A DNA stretch of 64,000 bases, taken from assembly GCA_965215195.1 (NCBI GenBank), contig CBDCDC010000001.1, positions 544,001 to 608,000 on the forward strand, written 5' to 3'. Position 1 is the first letter of the stretch. Every line of letters begins with the position of its first letter. Positions 1 to 8,998 of this stretch are shown here, in pieces. The position numbers were made by a program, and so were the translations under genes. The notes under the pieces were generated by a model. It saw nothing but the letters and a program-made list of their open reading frames with translations. It did not search any database and was not told the origin of the DNA. Origin of the DNA: Candidatus Latescibacterota bacterium. Lineage in GTDB: Bacteria > Latescibacterota > UBA2968 > UBA8231.

Positions 1-206
1 AAAGCTACGATCACCTCGGGGGCATGGGCGGCTTTGCAGATACCTTTCCGGCGCGCATCAACGCTTGGATCGACGACTTGCGCCGCCAAGTCCCGCCTTC
101 GCAGGTGGATGCCAAAGGCGCGGACGCTTTGCGGGTCCAGCTCGTAATTGAGGCACTCATCGAAAGCTGGGAAACCGGGCAGGTGGTGAAGGTGCCCAAG
201 GGATAG
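1..206 (+). CDS. C-terminal part of a probable Gfo/Idh/MocA oxidoreductase (truncated by window edge)
   Basis: Frame open from the window start; ends DALRVQLVIEALIESWETGQVVKVP, a typical Gfo/Idh/MocA C-terminus. Confidence 0.55.
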   Translation, partial: SYDHLGGMGGFADTFPARINAWIDDLRRQVPPSQVDAKGADALRVQLVIEALIESWETGQVVKVPKG

Positions 207-249
207 GCGATTTACATTCACGCAGTAACGCCAAAAGGAGGACGTAAAC

Positions 250-1983
250 ATGCTTAAAATTCAGCGCAAATTTCTCGATTATCTCGACGAGATAAAAGCG
301 GAATTGGGCAAGACCGATTCGGCCGAGGAGCTGCAAAAAAACATCAAGGCCATAGAGTCGTTGAGACAAGAACTGGCCGAGGCCGAATTGATCGTGCCGG
401 TAGTCGGGGCTTTCAGCGCGGGCAAAACCACGTTGATCAACTCCTTTTTGGGCACCGGACCTCTGCCCGTAGGCATTACCCCGGAAACGGCGTTGGCTAC
501 TGAACTGCGTCATGCCGCTAGCGATTATGGCGAGGCGGTCGCCGAGAATGGCGCGGTGGATCGCTTCGCCATTGGGGAGATCGAGGAGATCAAGGAAAAG
601 GCGTCGCAATATCAATACGCCAAGGTCTTTCTCAACAGCGAGCCGCTCAGGGAGATTCTCCCTCTCGTGCTGGTGGATATGCCGGGGTTTGACTCGCCGC
701 TGGATTTGCATCAGAAGGCCATTTTGACCTATCTCGCCAAGGGGAGTCACTATGCGGTTTTGATCAGCGTGGAGGAGGGCACTGTCACCCGCTCGATCCA
801 GCGGCAGTTGGCTGAATTTCACGAATTTGGCAAGGGGTTTTCCATCTTTTTGAGCAAGGTGGATCTGCGCTCGCCTGCCGATGTAGATGACATTGCCAGC
901 GATATTGCGGAGCGGCTCGAGGACGATTTTGATTTTGGCGATTCCATTGAGCGGGTGGACATGCATGGCGGGCACGGCTTGGCCAAGATGCTTCGTGCCA
1001 TCAATTGCGAAGAGCTGTTCGGCAAGCTGTGGCGTCCCGGCTTGGAGGCGCATTTCTTTGAACTCGATGGCAGCCTGAACACTCGGATTAGCTCCCTGCA
1101 AAAGGACGGGCGGAAAAACCAAGAGGCCATAGACGAACTCGGCGCGGGTTTACAGGAACTACAGCGCAAAAAGGAAGAGATGATTCAAGATATTCACGCG
1201 CGGTATTCCACTAACCGCATCGACACCATCGTAGAGGGGGTCGGCGAGGATATGAGTGCTGCCGTAGAGGAGCTAACGCAGCTTTCTCTGTCTGGTGGAG
1301 AAGACGCCTTGCAGCGCGAATTGTCCGAGCTCGTCCGCACTTCGCTCGTGAGCCGTACGGAATCCGAAATGGAGCGGTTGAACCAACAGATCGCCGGGGA
1401 TTTAGCTAGCAGCCTCACAGGCATCAGCGCTACCCTGTCCTCTTACGCCAACGCGAGCACGGAGCAGCATTTAGAGAAAATCTCAAAGTTGGCTAGAGTG
1501 GGAGAAGTTTTTAGGAACGTAGGCATGGGCGCAAAGGCTGCGAAGGCTGCAAAAGGCGGGCTGACTTTATACCGAGGTGTTACCGCTGCGCTAGCCATTA
1601 CCACCAGTATTGTGATGCCGCTCTTGGAGTTGGTCATCGTATTCCTGCCCGACATCATCAACTTCTTTAGGAAGCGGCAACAAGCAGAGCAGGTTCGCGA
1701 TCAGTTGATTGGCACGGTTATCCCGTCCGTCAAACGCAAAATTCGCAGCGAACTGCCCAAGCACTTCAAAGAGCAGGTGAACGCTCTGATTGAGGAAAAG
1801 GCCGCGGCTCTCGATGAGCACATCAAGGCTAGGCAAGACGAAATCGCCAAAGCCGAAAAGGCCAAGAAGGACGCAGGTCGGAATATCGAGCAGGAGATAG
1901 GCGAACTTACTTCCATTCGGGACAACATTCGCTCGTCGGCAAACCAAGTACTCTTCGCACAAGGAGAAACGAAAAATGGATAA
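250..1983 (+). CDS. Bacterial dynamin-like GTPase 1 (LeoA/DLP-like)
   Basis: G1 GAFSAGKT, G2 ITPET, G3 DMPG, G4 SKVD; coiled-coil trunk; hydrophobic paddle ALAITTSIVMPLLELVIVFLPDII; RBS AGGAGG. Confidence 0.85.
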   Translation: MLKIQRKFLDYLDEIKAELGKTDSAEELQKNIKAIESLRQELAEAELIVPVVGAFSAGKTTLINSFLGTGPLPVGITPETALATELRHAASDYGEAVAENGAVDRFAIGEIEEIKEKASQYQYAKVFLNSEPLREILPLVLVDMPGFDSPLDLHQKAILTYLAKGSHYAVLISVEEGTVTRSIQRQLAEFHEFGKGFSIFLSKVDLRSPADVDDIASDIAERLEDDFDFGDSIERVDMHGGHGLAKMLRAINCEELFGKLWRPGLEAHFFELDGSLNTRISSLQKDGRKNQEAIDELGAGLQELQRKKEEMIQDIHARYSTNRIDTIVEGVGEDMSAAVEELTQLSLSGGEDALQRELSELVRTSLVSRTESEMERLNQQIAGDLASSLTGISATLSSYANASTEQHLEKISKLARVGEVFRNVGMGAKAAKAAKGGLTLYRGVTAALAITTSIVMPLLELVIVFLPDIINFFRKRQQAEQVRDQLIGTVIPSVKRKIRSELPKHFKEQVNALIEEKAAALDEHIKARQDEIAKAEKAKKDAGRNIEQEIGELTSIRDNIRSSANQVLFAQGETKNG

Positions 1984-4171
1984 TCGTGCAATAGCTTCCT
2001 ACCAAGAAAAGCTGGAGCAGGTTGTTGACAAGCATCGCGACTTTCTCGGGGAGGAGGCAGAACGCCTCTGCGTTGAGCACAGCGTTCCCGCGGCCAAGAG
2101 GCTACAAGAAGAATTGGCGGCCATTGCCGACGAGGAACGGCTGCTGAAGATCGGCATCGTGGGGCGGGTCAAGTCCGGGAAATCCTCGCTGCTGAACGCC
2201 CTCATCTTCAAAGGACAGAACGTGTTGCCCAAGGCCGCAACCCCAATGACGGCGGCTTTGACGACCCTTTCCTACGGGGATGTGGTGCAGGCGGAAGTGG
2301 AATTTTTTACGCGCGAGGATATTGGGGATATCGAGGCCAAGGCCGCAGAGTACGAAAGGCAGTTGCAGAAGCACACCGACGCGCTTTTAAAAAAAGAAAA
2401 GAGCAAGCTCAGCCTAAGCGTGTCTCCAGAAAAAAGGGAACGTGTGCAGCGGCGGGCAGCAAGGAAGATGCGCGATGAGCATCCCGTCCTCGCATCCTCC
2501 TATGAGCAACGCGCAAAAATGAAAGACAGCGGAATATCCGCTAGCAGTTTGGGGGAAAGTAAGCTCCTGAATTTGACGGACGATCTTTCAGCGTTGCAAG
2601 GCCAACTAGAGGAATACGTTGGCGCGGACGGCCCATACATGCCTTTTACCAAAAGCGTCAACATCCGGCTGCCGCAAGAGAATCTGAAGGACATAGAGAT
2701 CGTAGATACGCCGGGCATCAATGATCCGGTTCAGTCCAGAGAGGTACGCACCCGAGAGCACTTGGATCGGTGCGATGTGGTGCTCGTGGTTAGCCCGGCG
2801 GGTCAATTCATGAATAAGGTGGATGAGGACTTGATGGATCGCATTACCAGCAAGGAGGGGATTCGGGAACTATTTGTCGTGGCGGCCCAGGCAGATATGC
2901 AACTGTATGGCAGCGCGAAAGAGGAAAACGACGGGCAGTTGGATCGCGTGCTAGGCAGTATCACCGAGGATCTTGGGGGGTACTTGAAAGAGGTCATCGT
3001 CGATCTAAAAAAGAACAATCCCGAGGTGGCAGATACCTATGATCAGTTGCTCGATGGCCAAAACAGAATCATCCATTCTTCGGGCATTTGCGAAAGCCTG
3101 AAGCAACTCTTTGGGGAAAGGGATGGATGGGACGAGGGGATGGAGCATGCGTGGAACCGTTTGCAGGGGAATTATCCCGATTATTTTTCCACTGCGGACG
3201 CGAGCCTATCGAGTATCAATTTGGATAAGCTGTCCAACATATCGGCTATTCGGGACATTGTCGAGAAGGTTCGTGAGAGAAAGGATGACATTCGCGAAAA
3301 GAAAATCGCCGCCTATGTCGATGACAAACGCCGGGCTTTACAGGACCTGAGAACGGGGTTGCTCAAGTTTGCCGAGGATAGGCAGGGCGAAATTGAGAGT
3401 ACGGATATTACAAGGTTTAAGGAAAAGCATAGAAAGATGGATTCGTCTCTCAAAGAGGCTGCTTTGGATATTGAGGATGCGAAGGATGAATCGGTTGATC
3501 GCATCGAAAAATCTATGAAAGATGAATTGGTACGAAGAGTGACGGAAGAGGAGTTAAAAGGAAAGGTACGGGACGAACAGGGAGAGCGAACTGAAGACTA
3601 TACGGAAGGAGTTATTTTTAAGAAAAAACGCACTAGGCGGCATAAAACCATCCGCACACGTGCGGTCGTCAATCACTTATCTGATTTTTCTGAAAATTTA
3701 GTGAAGGAAGTTGCGGAGAAAGCAGAGGAAAAAAAGAAAGATTGGCGGAAGGAACTCAACCGTAGGATGACCAAAATTTTGCGGGATCATTTTGACAACG
3801 ATCTTTTAGAGTCCTCAATGATCCGCCGAGTAATCAGGAGCACCGTTGGGGCCATATCTATGCCAGATTTTAAGTACGACAAACCGCTGCCGCCCGAGCT
3901 GAAAGCCCAAGGCGTATTAGAAGACAAGAAGGCAGAGGCATTTTTTAATGCCGCGTGTGACCATGCCAGTACGCTCTGTAGAGAGCTTAGAAGAGAGACA
4001 ATAGCATACATAAAACGTTTTACTTCAGAGATGAAAAAAATTCCATTGGAAAGGCTACTGCTAGAACAGTTCCAAAAAGAGCTTGACTCGCTTGAGGAGT
4101 CCATTAGAAACAAGGAGATGGAGTTAAATAGAATCAGCTTAATCAAGGGTGAGTTGGAAAGGATCGAGTGA
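1976..4171 (+). CDS. Bacterial dynamin-like GTPase 2
   Basis: G1 GRVKSGKS, ATPMTA, G3 DTPG; long coiled-coil C-terminus; overlaps the previous gene. Confidence 0.85.
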   Translation: MDNRAIASYQEKLEQVVDKHRDFLGEEAERLCVEHSVPAAKRLQEELAAIADEERLLKIGIVGRVKSGKSSLLNALIFKGQNVLPKAATPMTAALTTLSYGDVVQAEVEFFTREDIGDIEAKAAEYERQLQKHTDALLKKEKSKLSLSVSPEKRERVQRRAARKMRDEHPVLASSYEQRAKMKDSGISASSLGESKLLNLTDDLSALQGQLEEYVGADGPYMPFTKSVNIRLPQENLKDIEIVDTPGINDPVQSREVRTREHLDRCDVVLVVSPAGQFMNKVDEDLMDRITSKEGIRELFVVAAQADMQLYGSAKEENDGQLDRVLGSITEDLGGYLKEVIVDLKKNNPEVADTYDQLLDGQNRIIHSSGICESLKQLFGERDGWDEGMEHAWNRLQGNYPDYFSTADASLSSINLDKLSNISAIRDIVEKVRERKDDIREKKIAAYVDDKRRALQDLRTGLLKFAEDRQGEIESTDITRFKEKHRKMDSSLKEAALDIEDAKDESVDRIEKSMKDELVRRVTEEELKGKVRDEQGERTEDYTEGVIFKKKRTRRHKTIRTRAVVNHLSDFSENLVKEVAEKAEEKKKDWRKELNRRMTKILRDHFDNDLLESSMIRRVIRSTVGAISMPDFKYDKPLPPELKAQGVLEDKKAEAFFNAACDHASTLCRELRRETIAYIKRFTSEMKKIPLERLLLEQFQKELDSLEESIRNKEMELNRISLIKGELERIE

Positions 4172-4271
4172 GCCAATGAATCGCCTATTTGACTGGATTC
4201 CGCTTCCGTGGGAAGGACAAAAGAATACCGAAGAGGAAGGGTAGATCTATGTCCGGCAAGCTGTCTAGGAC

Positions 4272-4405
4272 GCAAAAGTGGGATCGGATACAGGCCGACT
4301 TAGCGGCTGTTCAGCAAAAGTGGGATCGGATACAGGCCGACTTAGCGGCTGTTCAGCAAAAGTGGGATCAGACACAGGCCGACTTAGCGGCTGTTCAGCA
4401 AAAGT
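4272..4405 (+). repeat. 42-bp tandem repeat x3 encoding QKWDRIQADLAAVQ
   Basis: gcaaaagtgggatcggatacaggccgacttagcggctgttca repeated near-perfectly. Confidence 0.95.
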
Positions 4406-5807
4406 ACGATTTGGTCTCCACTCTGCTAGCGGCCAAATCCAGTGAAAACGAAGCGTTTGAGCAGTTCAAGAAGGTCTTCAACGAGGACTTCATGGCCTTT
4501 GCCAATAAGGAGTCTTCGCTGGCCGACGAAGCAGCGGCCGTGCAGCGGTTGCAGGCACTCGAAAAGCGCTTGGAACAGATCGTGGCTTCCCCCCACATGT
4601 TTGCGAAGCGGTCTGTTGCCATCGGCGGCGGGTTCAGCAGCGGCAAGTCGGCGTTTGTCAATAGCTTTATTGCCCAGCCCGGCATCCGACTGCCCGTGGG
4701 CATTCAGCCGGTGACGGCCATTCCTTCGTATGTAATGGCCAGTAAAGACGTTTCAATCAAGGGCTATACTCGCACAGGGGCTACAGTGGATATTGCGCAA
4801 GACCTCTACGAGCAACTGTCGCACGGCGCGTTTTCCTTTAACCTCAAGGATCTGATGCCTTCCATCGCCGTGGAAGTGCCGTTGCAGGCGGGCTTTGAGC
4901 ACATCTGTTTGCTCGACACGCCGGGCTATGATCCGGCCGGGGGGCAGACTAGCGAGGACGAGGCCACGGCGGCCGAATTTCTCAAGGATCAAGACGCCTT
5001 AATTTGGATGGTTGATGTGGCAAAAGGCACGGTGGAGCAGGAGGATTTGAATTTCATTGAGGGGCTAGGGCTGAATGGTCGTCCGTTTTACGTGGTCGTG
5101 AACAAGGCCGACAACAGGCCCCCCAATGAATTGGCGGGGGTTCTGGCCGAGGTGAAAGAGACGCTGGAGGACGCTGAGTTGAAACCGCTAGGAATCGGCG
5201 CGTACTGCAGTCTTCGGAACGAGCGCGGTCGGGAATATCCGTCGGAGGGTCTGTCTCTGCCCGATTTTTTCCGTTGCCAAAATCAGCCGGTTGAGAATTT
5301 GGAACCTGAATTGAAAGCGGAGTTAGAAAGCGTCTTTTCCATGTATGAAAAGGCCATAGACAAAGACGAGCAGAGTGCCAAGTTGCTGACGAAAAAACTC
5401 AACAAGCTCGATCTTGATCTAAATGAGAAGGTAGATGAGGATGTAGCGGAGGAGTTTGGCAAAACAATTGACAAAATCAAGCGAGATCAAAACCGCGATT
5501 TTGCTCCGATCAAGCAGGAGTTGGCTCGGGTGAAGAAGGCCATGTTCGCGGCGGTGGAGCAGGTTCTTCGGTCCTTGGTAGATGAGGAGAGTGCCGCCGA
5601 GCTAAGTAAAATCCGGCGGCAACAAGCGCGACCGAGTGAGCGTTCTCAACCTACCCGCCCACGACAACCTGTAGAGGAGCCGGCGCGACGAAGGGCCACA
5701 GGCCGTGCCAAAGACGCCAAAGGTCGCTACGCGCTGCACGAAGCGGCGGCGCACAATAATCACGAGAAAGCTAGCGCATTGCTGCGTGGGGGAGCCGATC
5801 CGAATGC

Positions 5808-6090
5808 CAAAGACAAGCAAGGCCTCACGCCGCTGCACCATGCAGCCAAGCAGAATGCTCGCGAAACAGTCGAGGTGTTGCTCGATGCGAGAGCCTCTCG
5901 CAATCCTAAAGACAAGCAAGGCCTCACGCCGTTGCACCATGCAGCCAAGCAGGGTGCTCGCGAAACAGTCGAGGTGTTGCTCGATGCGGGAGTCTCTCGC
6001 AATCCTAAAGACAAGCAGGGCCTCACGCCGTTGCACCATGCGGCCGAGCAGGATGCTCACAAAACAGTCAAGGTGTTGCTCGACCGCAGG
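5808..6090 (+). repeat. Near-identical 99-bp ankyrin repeat units (x3; more degenerate copies extend over about 5716-6303)
   Basis: aaagacaagcaaggcctcacgccg(c/t)tgcaccatgc recurs with a 99-bp period. Confidence 0.9.
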
Positions 6091-6309
6091 CGAACTTCAA
6101 CAGCAAAGGTCCACTCTATGGACAAGGAGGGCCGGACGCCGTTGCACTATGCGGCTGCACACGATGCTCACCAAGCGGCCAAGGTGTTGCTGACTAAGGG
6201 AGCCGCTCCGAATGTCAAGGATAAAGATGGTTATACGCCGCTGGACTATGCGGCCGAGCAGGATGCACACCAAACGGTCAAGGTGTTGCTGGATGCGGGA
6301 GCCGAACAT

Positions 6310-6410
6310 CGAGATCAGGCGGCGTTGGAGAAGCAGCATCGGGCGCAAGCGGCGTTACGTCGAGATCAGGCGGCGTTGGAGAAGCAGCGTCGGGCGCAAG
6401 CGGCGTTGGC
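6310..6410 (+). repeat. 51-bp tandem repeat x2 (RDQAALEKQxRAQAAL linker)
   Basis: cgagatcaggcggcgttggagaagcagc(a/g)tcgggcgcaagcggcgtt at 6310 and 6361. Confidence 0.9.
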
Positions 6411-6982
6411 CGAAGAGCGCAAGAGGGGCAAGGAGGTTTCGCTTCCGGGGGGGGTGTCGATGACGTTTGTTTGGATTGAGCCGGGGGTGTTTCAGATGGG
6501 GTCGCCGGCTTCGGAGACGAGTCTTTATGGTGATGAAAGGCCGGTGCATGAGGTGTCGATTAGCGAGGGGTTTTGGTTGGGTCAATACGCGGTTACGCAG
6601 GGTCAGTGGGAATCAGTGCTGAGGGATCGGCCTTGGTCTGGTAAGCGGTATGTTGTAGAGAATTCGTCTCATCCGGCGGTGTATATCTCATGGGATGCTG
6701 TGCAAGGGTTTATTGCTAAGCTGAACGCGTTGGCCGGTGCTTCGTTGTATCGGTTGCCTTCGGAGGCGGAGTGGGAGTATGCGTGTCGAGCGGGTACATC
6801 GACTCGTTGGTCGTTTGGGGATGACGAGCGCCACCTGACGGATTATGCGTGGTATAGGGATAATGCTGAGTATGATGCTCGTGCGGTGGGTCTAAAGCGT
6901 CCGAATCCTTGGGGGTTGTATGACATGCATGGGAATGTGCGGGAGTGGGTTCAGGACTGGTATAAGCATAACTATTATAATA

Positions 6983-7867
6983 ACCAATGGTGCTAGTGGG
7001 CTACAAGCTAAATTCCGCGATGGACAAGCGGACGAATCCATTTTCATCGGGTTGCAACCCGTGCCACTGAACCAGCAGGTTGAAGGTGGCCATGGCAAAG
7101 CTCAGATGCGCTCTAAAGTAGGCCCAGGCTCGATGGGTCTGTCGCTTGAAGTGCCCGATGCGGGTCAGCATGGAAAAGACGGTCTCGATGACCATACGCT
7201 CGCCCCACGTTTTGCGGGGACACACTTTCAGATTGGCCGGATCACCGGCTTTGGCATGAAAGCCTTGGTCGCTGAGGAGGATCATCTGCTCTTCGTAGCG
7301 GCCAATCATCGGGTGAAAGACCGTATCGTGGACATTGGCGGTATTACAATCCCAATCGACGATCAAGCCCCATTGGTTGACGATCAAGCCCAGCTTGCCG
7401 CCGACGATCCAGCGGTGATTGGACCGCCCTTTCCGGCCGATAGGGTGAGCGGAGCGGCCTTCGCGTACTGGATGGATCAACTCGATGCCATAGCTATCGA
7501 TCACGCCTAAAGGGGTGGGGTCCGCTCGAAAGCGATCGGTCCAGTCCGCATGGGCGGCAAACAGGCGGAACAAGCGGGTGCGCTCGGGCAGGCGCGGAAA
7601 AAAGGCGCGCCAATCGCGCGCTACCCAGCGATAAAACGCCCGTTTGCCGCCCCCTTTGAGCGCATACAGAACCGCCAAGGTCACCGTTTCGCTGGGATAT
7701 AAGGCGGCTTGGGGGTGTTTGGGCACATCGCCCATCTGGTGGTCGATTCGACAGAACAGGGCTATTATAAACTCGGCCGTGGTCATGGGACGCTCCTTCG
7801 CTGAAAGGGGGGATACCCTCAGCGTAGGAACTACCTTGACCACGGTCAACTCACTAGCACCATTGGT
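6983..7867 (-). mobile_element. IS982-family-like insertion sequence (885 bp) with 16-bp terminal IRs and a 5-bp TAATA target duplication
   Basis: accaatggtgctagtg (6983-6998) / cactagcaccattggt (7852-7867); taata at 6978-6982 and 7868-7872. Confidence 0.9.
7001..7786 (-). CDS. DDE transposase (IS982-like)
   Basis: MTTAEFIIALFCRID..., IDS, SDQGF and RMVIETVFS motifs; lies between the IRs. Confidence 0.85.
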   Translation of the reverse strand: MTTAEFIIALFCRIDHQMGDVPKHPQAALYPSETVTLAVLYALKGGGKRAFYRWVARDWRAFFPRLPERTRLFRLFAAHADWTDRFRADPTPLGVIDSYGIELIHPVREGRSAHPIGRKGRSNHRWIVGGKLGLIVNQWGLIVDWDCNTANVHDTVFHPMIGRYEEQMILLSDQGFHAKAGDPANLKVCPRKTWGERMVIETVFSMLTRIGHFKRQTHRAWAYFRAHLSFAMATFNLLVQWHGLQPDENGFVRLSIAEFSL

Positions 7868-8091
7868 TAATAGCTCGCCTCGGGTTGACCCCCGGGGGCC
7901 TTCATCCGGCTCCTATCGTGTCATTCGGGGCGGCGACGTCGACGCTCCCGCCCGGAAGGTGCGGTCGGCGTTTCGCGGCTCCGAAGGGGACGGCTACCGC
8001 CACGCCCGCATTGGTGTGCGCCTTCTCAGGATTCGTTAACCCTTGATTCCTTTTACCCTTGGCGGGGGTTGAGGGGTATGGGGCCTGCTTT

Positions 8092-8181
8092 TGGGGGGAT
8101 CCTAACAATAGGGGCTGGACGCCGCTGTGCTGTGCAGTGAAAAACAAAGCCCAAGAGACGGTCCGATTATTGCGCCAGTAT
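8092..8181 (+). pseudogene. Single ankyrin-repeat remnant
   Basis: GDPNNRGWTPLCCAVKNKAQETVRLLRQY resembles the ankyrin units of the upstream gene; no proper start. Confidence 0.5.
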
Positions 8182-8216
8182 CTTCCCTTACTTTGGAGAG
8201 GGGAGCGGATTGAAAC
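8178..8216 (+). repeat. Isolated CRISPR-repeat-like sequence; its 3' 18 bp are repeated at 8988-9005
   Basis: gtatcttcccttactttggagaggggagcggattgaaac has an internal hairpin and an ATTGAAAC end; aggggagcggattgaaac is identical at 8199-8216 and 8988-9005. Confidence 0.5.
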
Positions 8217-8274
8217 CAATCAGTCGGTAGAATGGCGGCTAAGAAGGTAGTTTGTTATACTCAGGTCTGAGGAG

Positions 8275-8988
8275 ATGCCGCAGATGAAGCACGCCAAGCA
8301 AAAGTCCGAACTCGGCCAATACCTGTATTCTATATTGACCGTCGTGGGTTTGTTTCTGGTCATTCGCACCAGTGTGGTGCAGGCCTTTTACATCCCTTCC
8401 AGCTCAATGGAAGACACGCTCTTGGTGGGCGATTATCTGCTGGCCAACAAGTTTATCTACGGCGTCCCGGTCGATGTGCCCCTGACGAGCATTTCCCTCT
8501 TCCGCCTGCCCGCGCTCAGGGAACCGCAGCCGGGCGACATCGTCATTTTCCGCTCTCCGCAGGACGAAGGGCGCGACTTGATCAAGCGCTGCGTCGCCGT
8601 TGGGGGGCAGAAAGTGGAAATTATCAACAAGGTGCTCTACGTCGATGGTCAGCGCCAGCAGGACCCGCCACAGACCAAGTACACGGAACGCAGATTGCTC
8701 TCGGCGGCGCGCAGCGCCCGCGACAATTTCGGACCCTATATCGTGCCCGATGGGCATTTCTTTATGATGGGCGACAACCGCGACAACAGTCTCGACAGCC
8801 GCTACTTTCGCGCCGTGCCCAAGCGGTTGATCAAGGGCAAGGCCATGAGCATCTATTGGTCGTGGGCACCCGACACCCGCGGGCCGTACTACAGTGGCTT
8901 GACGTCGCTGCCCGCGGTGGTGGCCAGCTTTGTCTGGCGTTTGCCCAGCCGAGTGCGCTACGAGCGGCTCGGCGACGTGATCTACTAA
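8275..8988 (+). CDS. lepB: Signal peptidase I
   Basis: IPSSSMEDTLLVGD (Ser), LIKRCV (Lys), GDNRDNSLDSRY. Confidence 0.95.
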   Translation: MPQMKHAKQKSELGQYLYSILTVVGLFLVIRTSVVQAFYIPSSSMEDTLLVGDYLLANKFIYGVPVDVPLTSISLFRLPALREPQPGDIVIFRSPQDEGRDLIKRCVAVGGQKVEIINKVLYVDGQRQQDPPQTKYTERRLLSAARSARDNFGPYIVPDGHFFMMGDNRDNSLDSRYFRAVPKRLIKGKAMSIYWSWAPDTRGPYYSGLTSLPAVVASFVWRLPSRVRYERLGDVIY

Positions 8989-8998
8989 GGGGAGCGGA

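Larger units (their letters stand above)
4249..8039 (+). pseudogene. Dynamin-like GTPase 3 fused to ankyrin repeats and an FGE-sulfatase/C-type-lectin domain, interrupted by an IS at 6983-7867
   Basis: GGGFSSGKS/DTPG/NKAD motifs; about 6 ankyrin repeats (GLTPLHHAA); FGE motifs FQMGS, RLPSEAEWEYACRAG, NPWGLYDMHGNVREW. Joining 6982 to 7873 restores the frame: QDWYKHNYYNSSPRVDPRGPSSGSYRVIRGG...LLRIR*. Confidence 0.85.

Noticed and set aside
4272-4405. 42-bp repeats as a CRISPR array
   Set aside because: No spacers; in-frame coding tandem repeat
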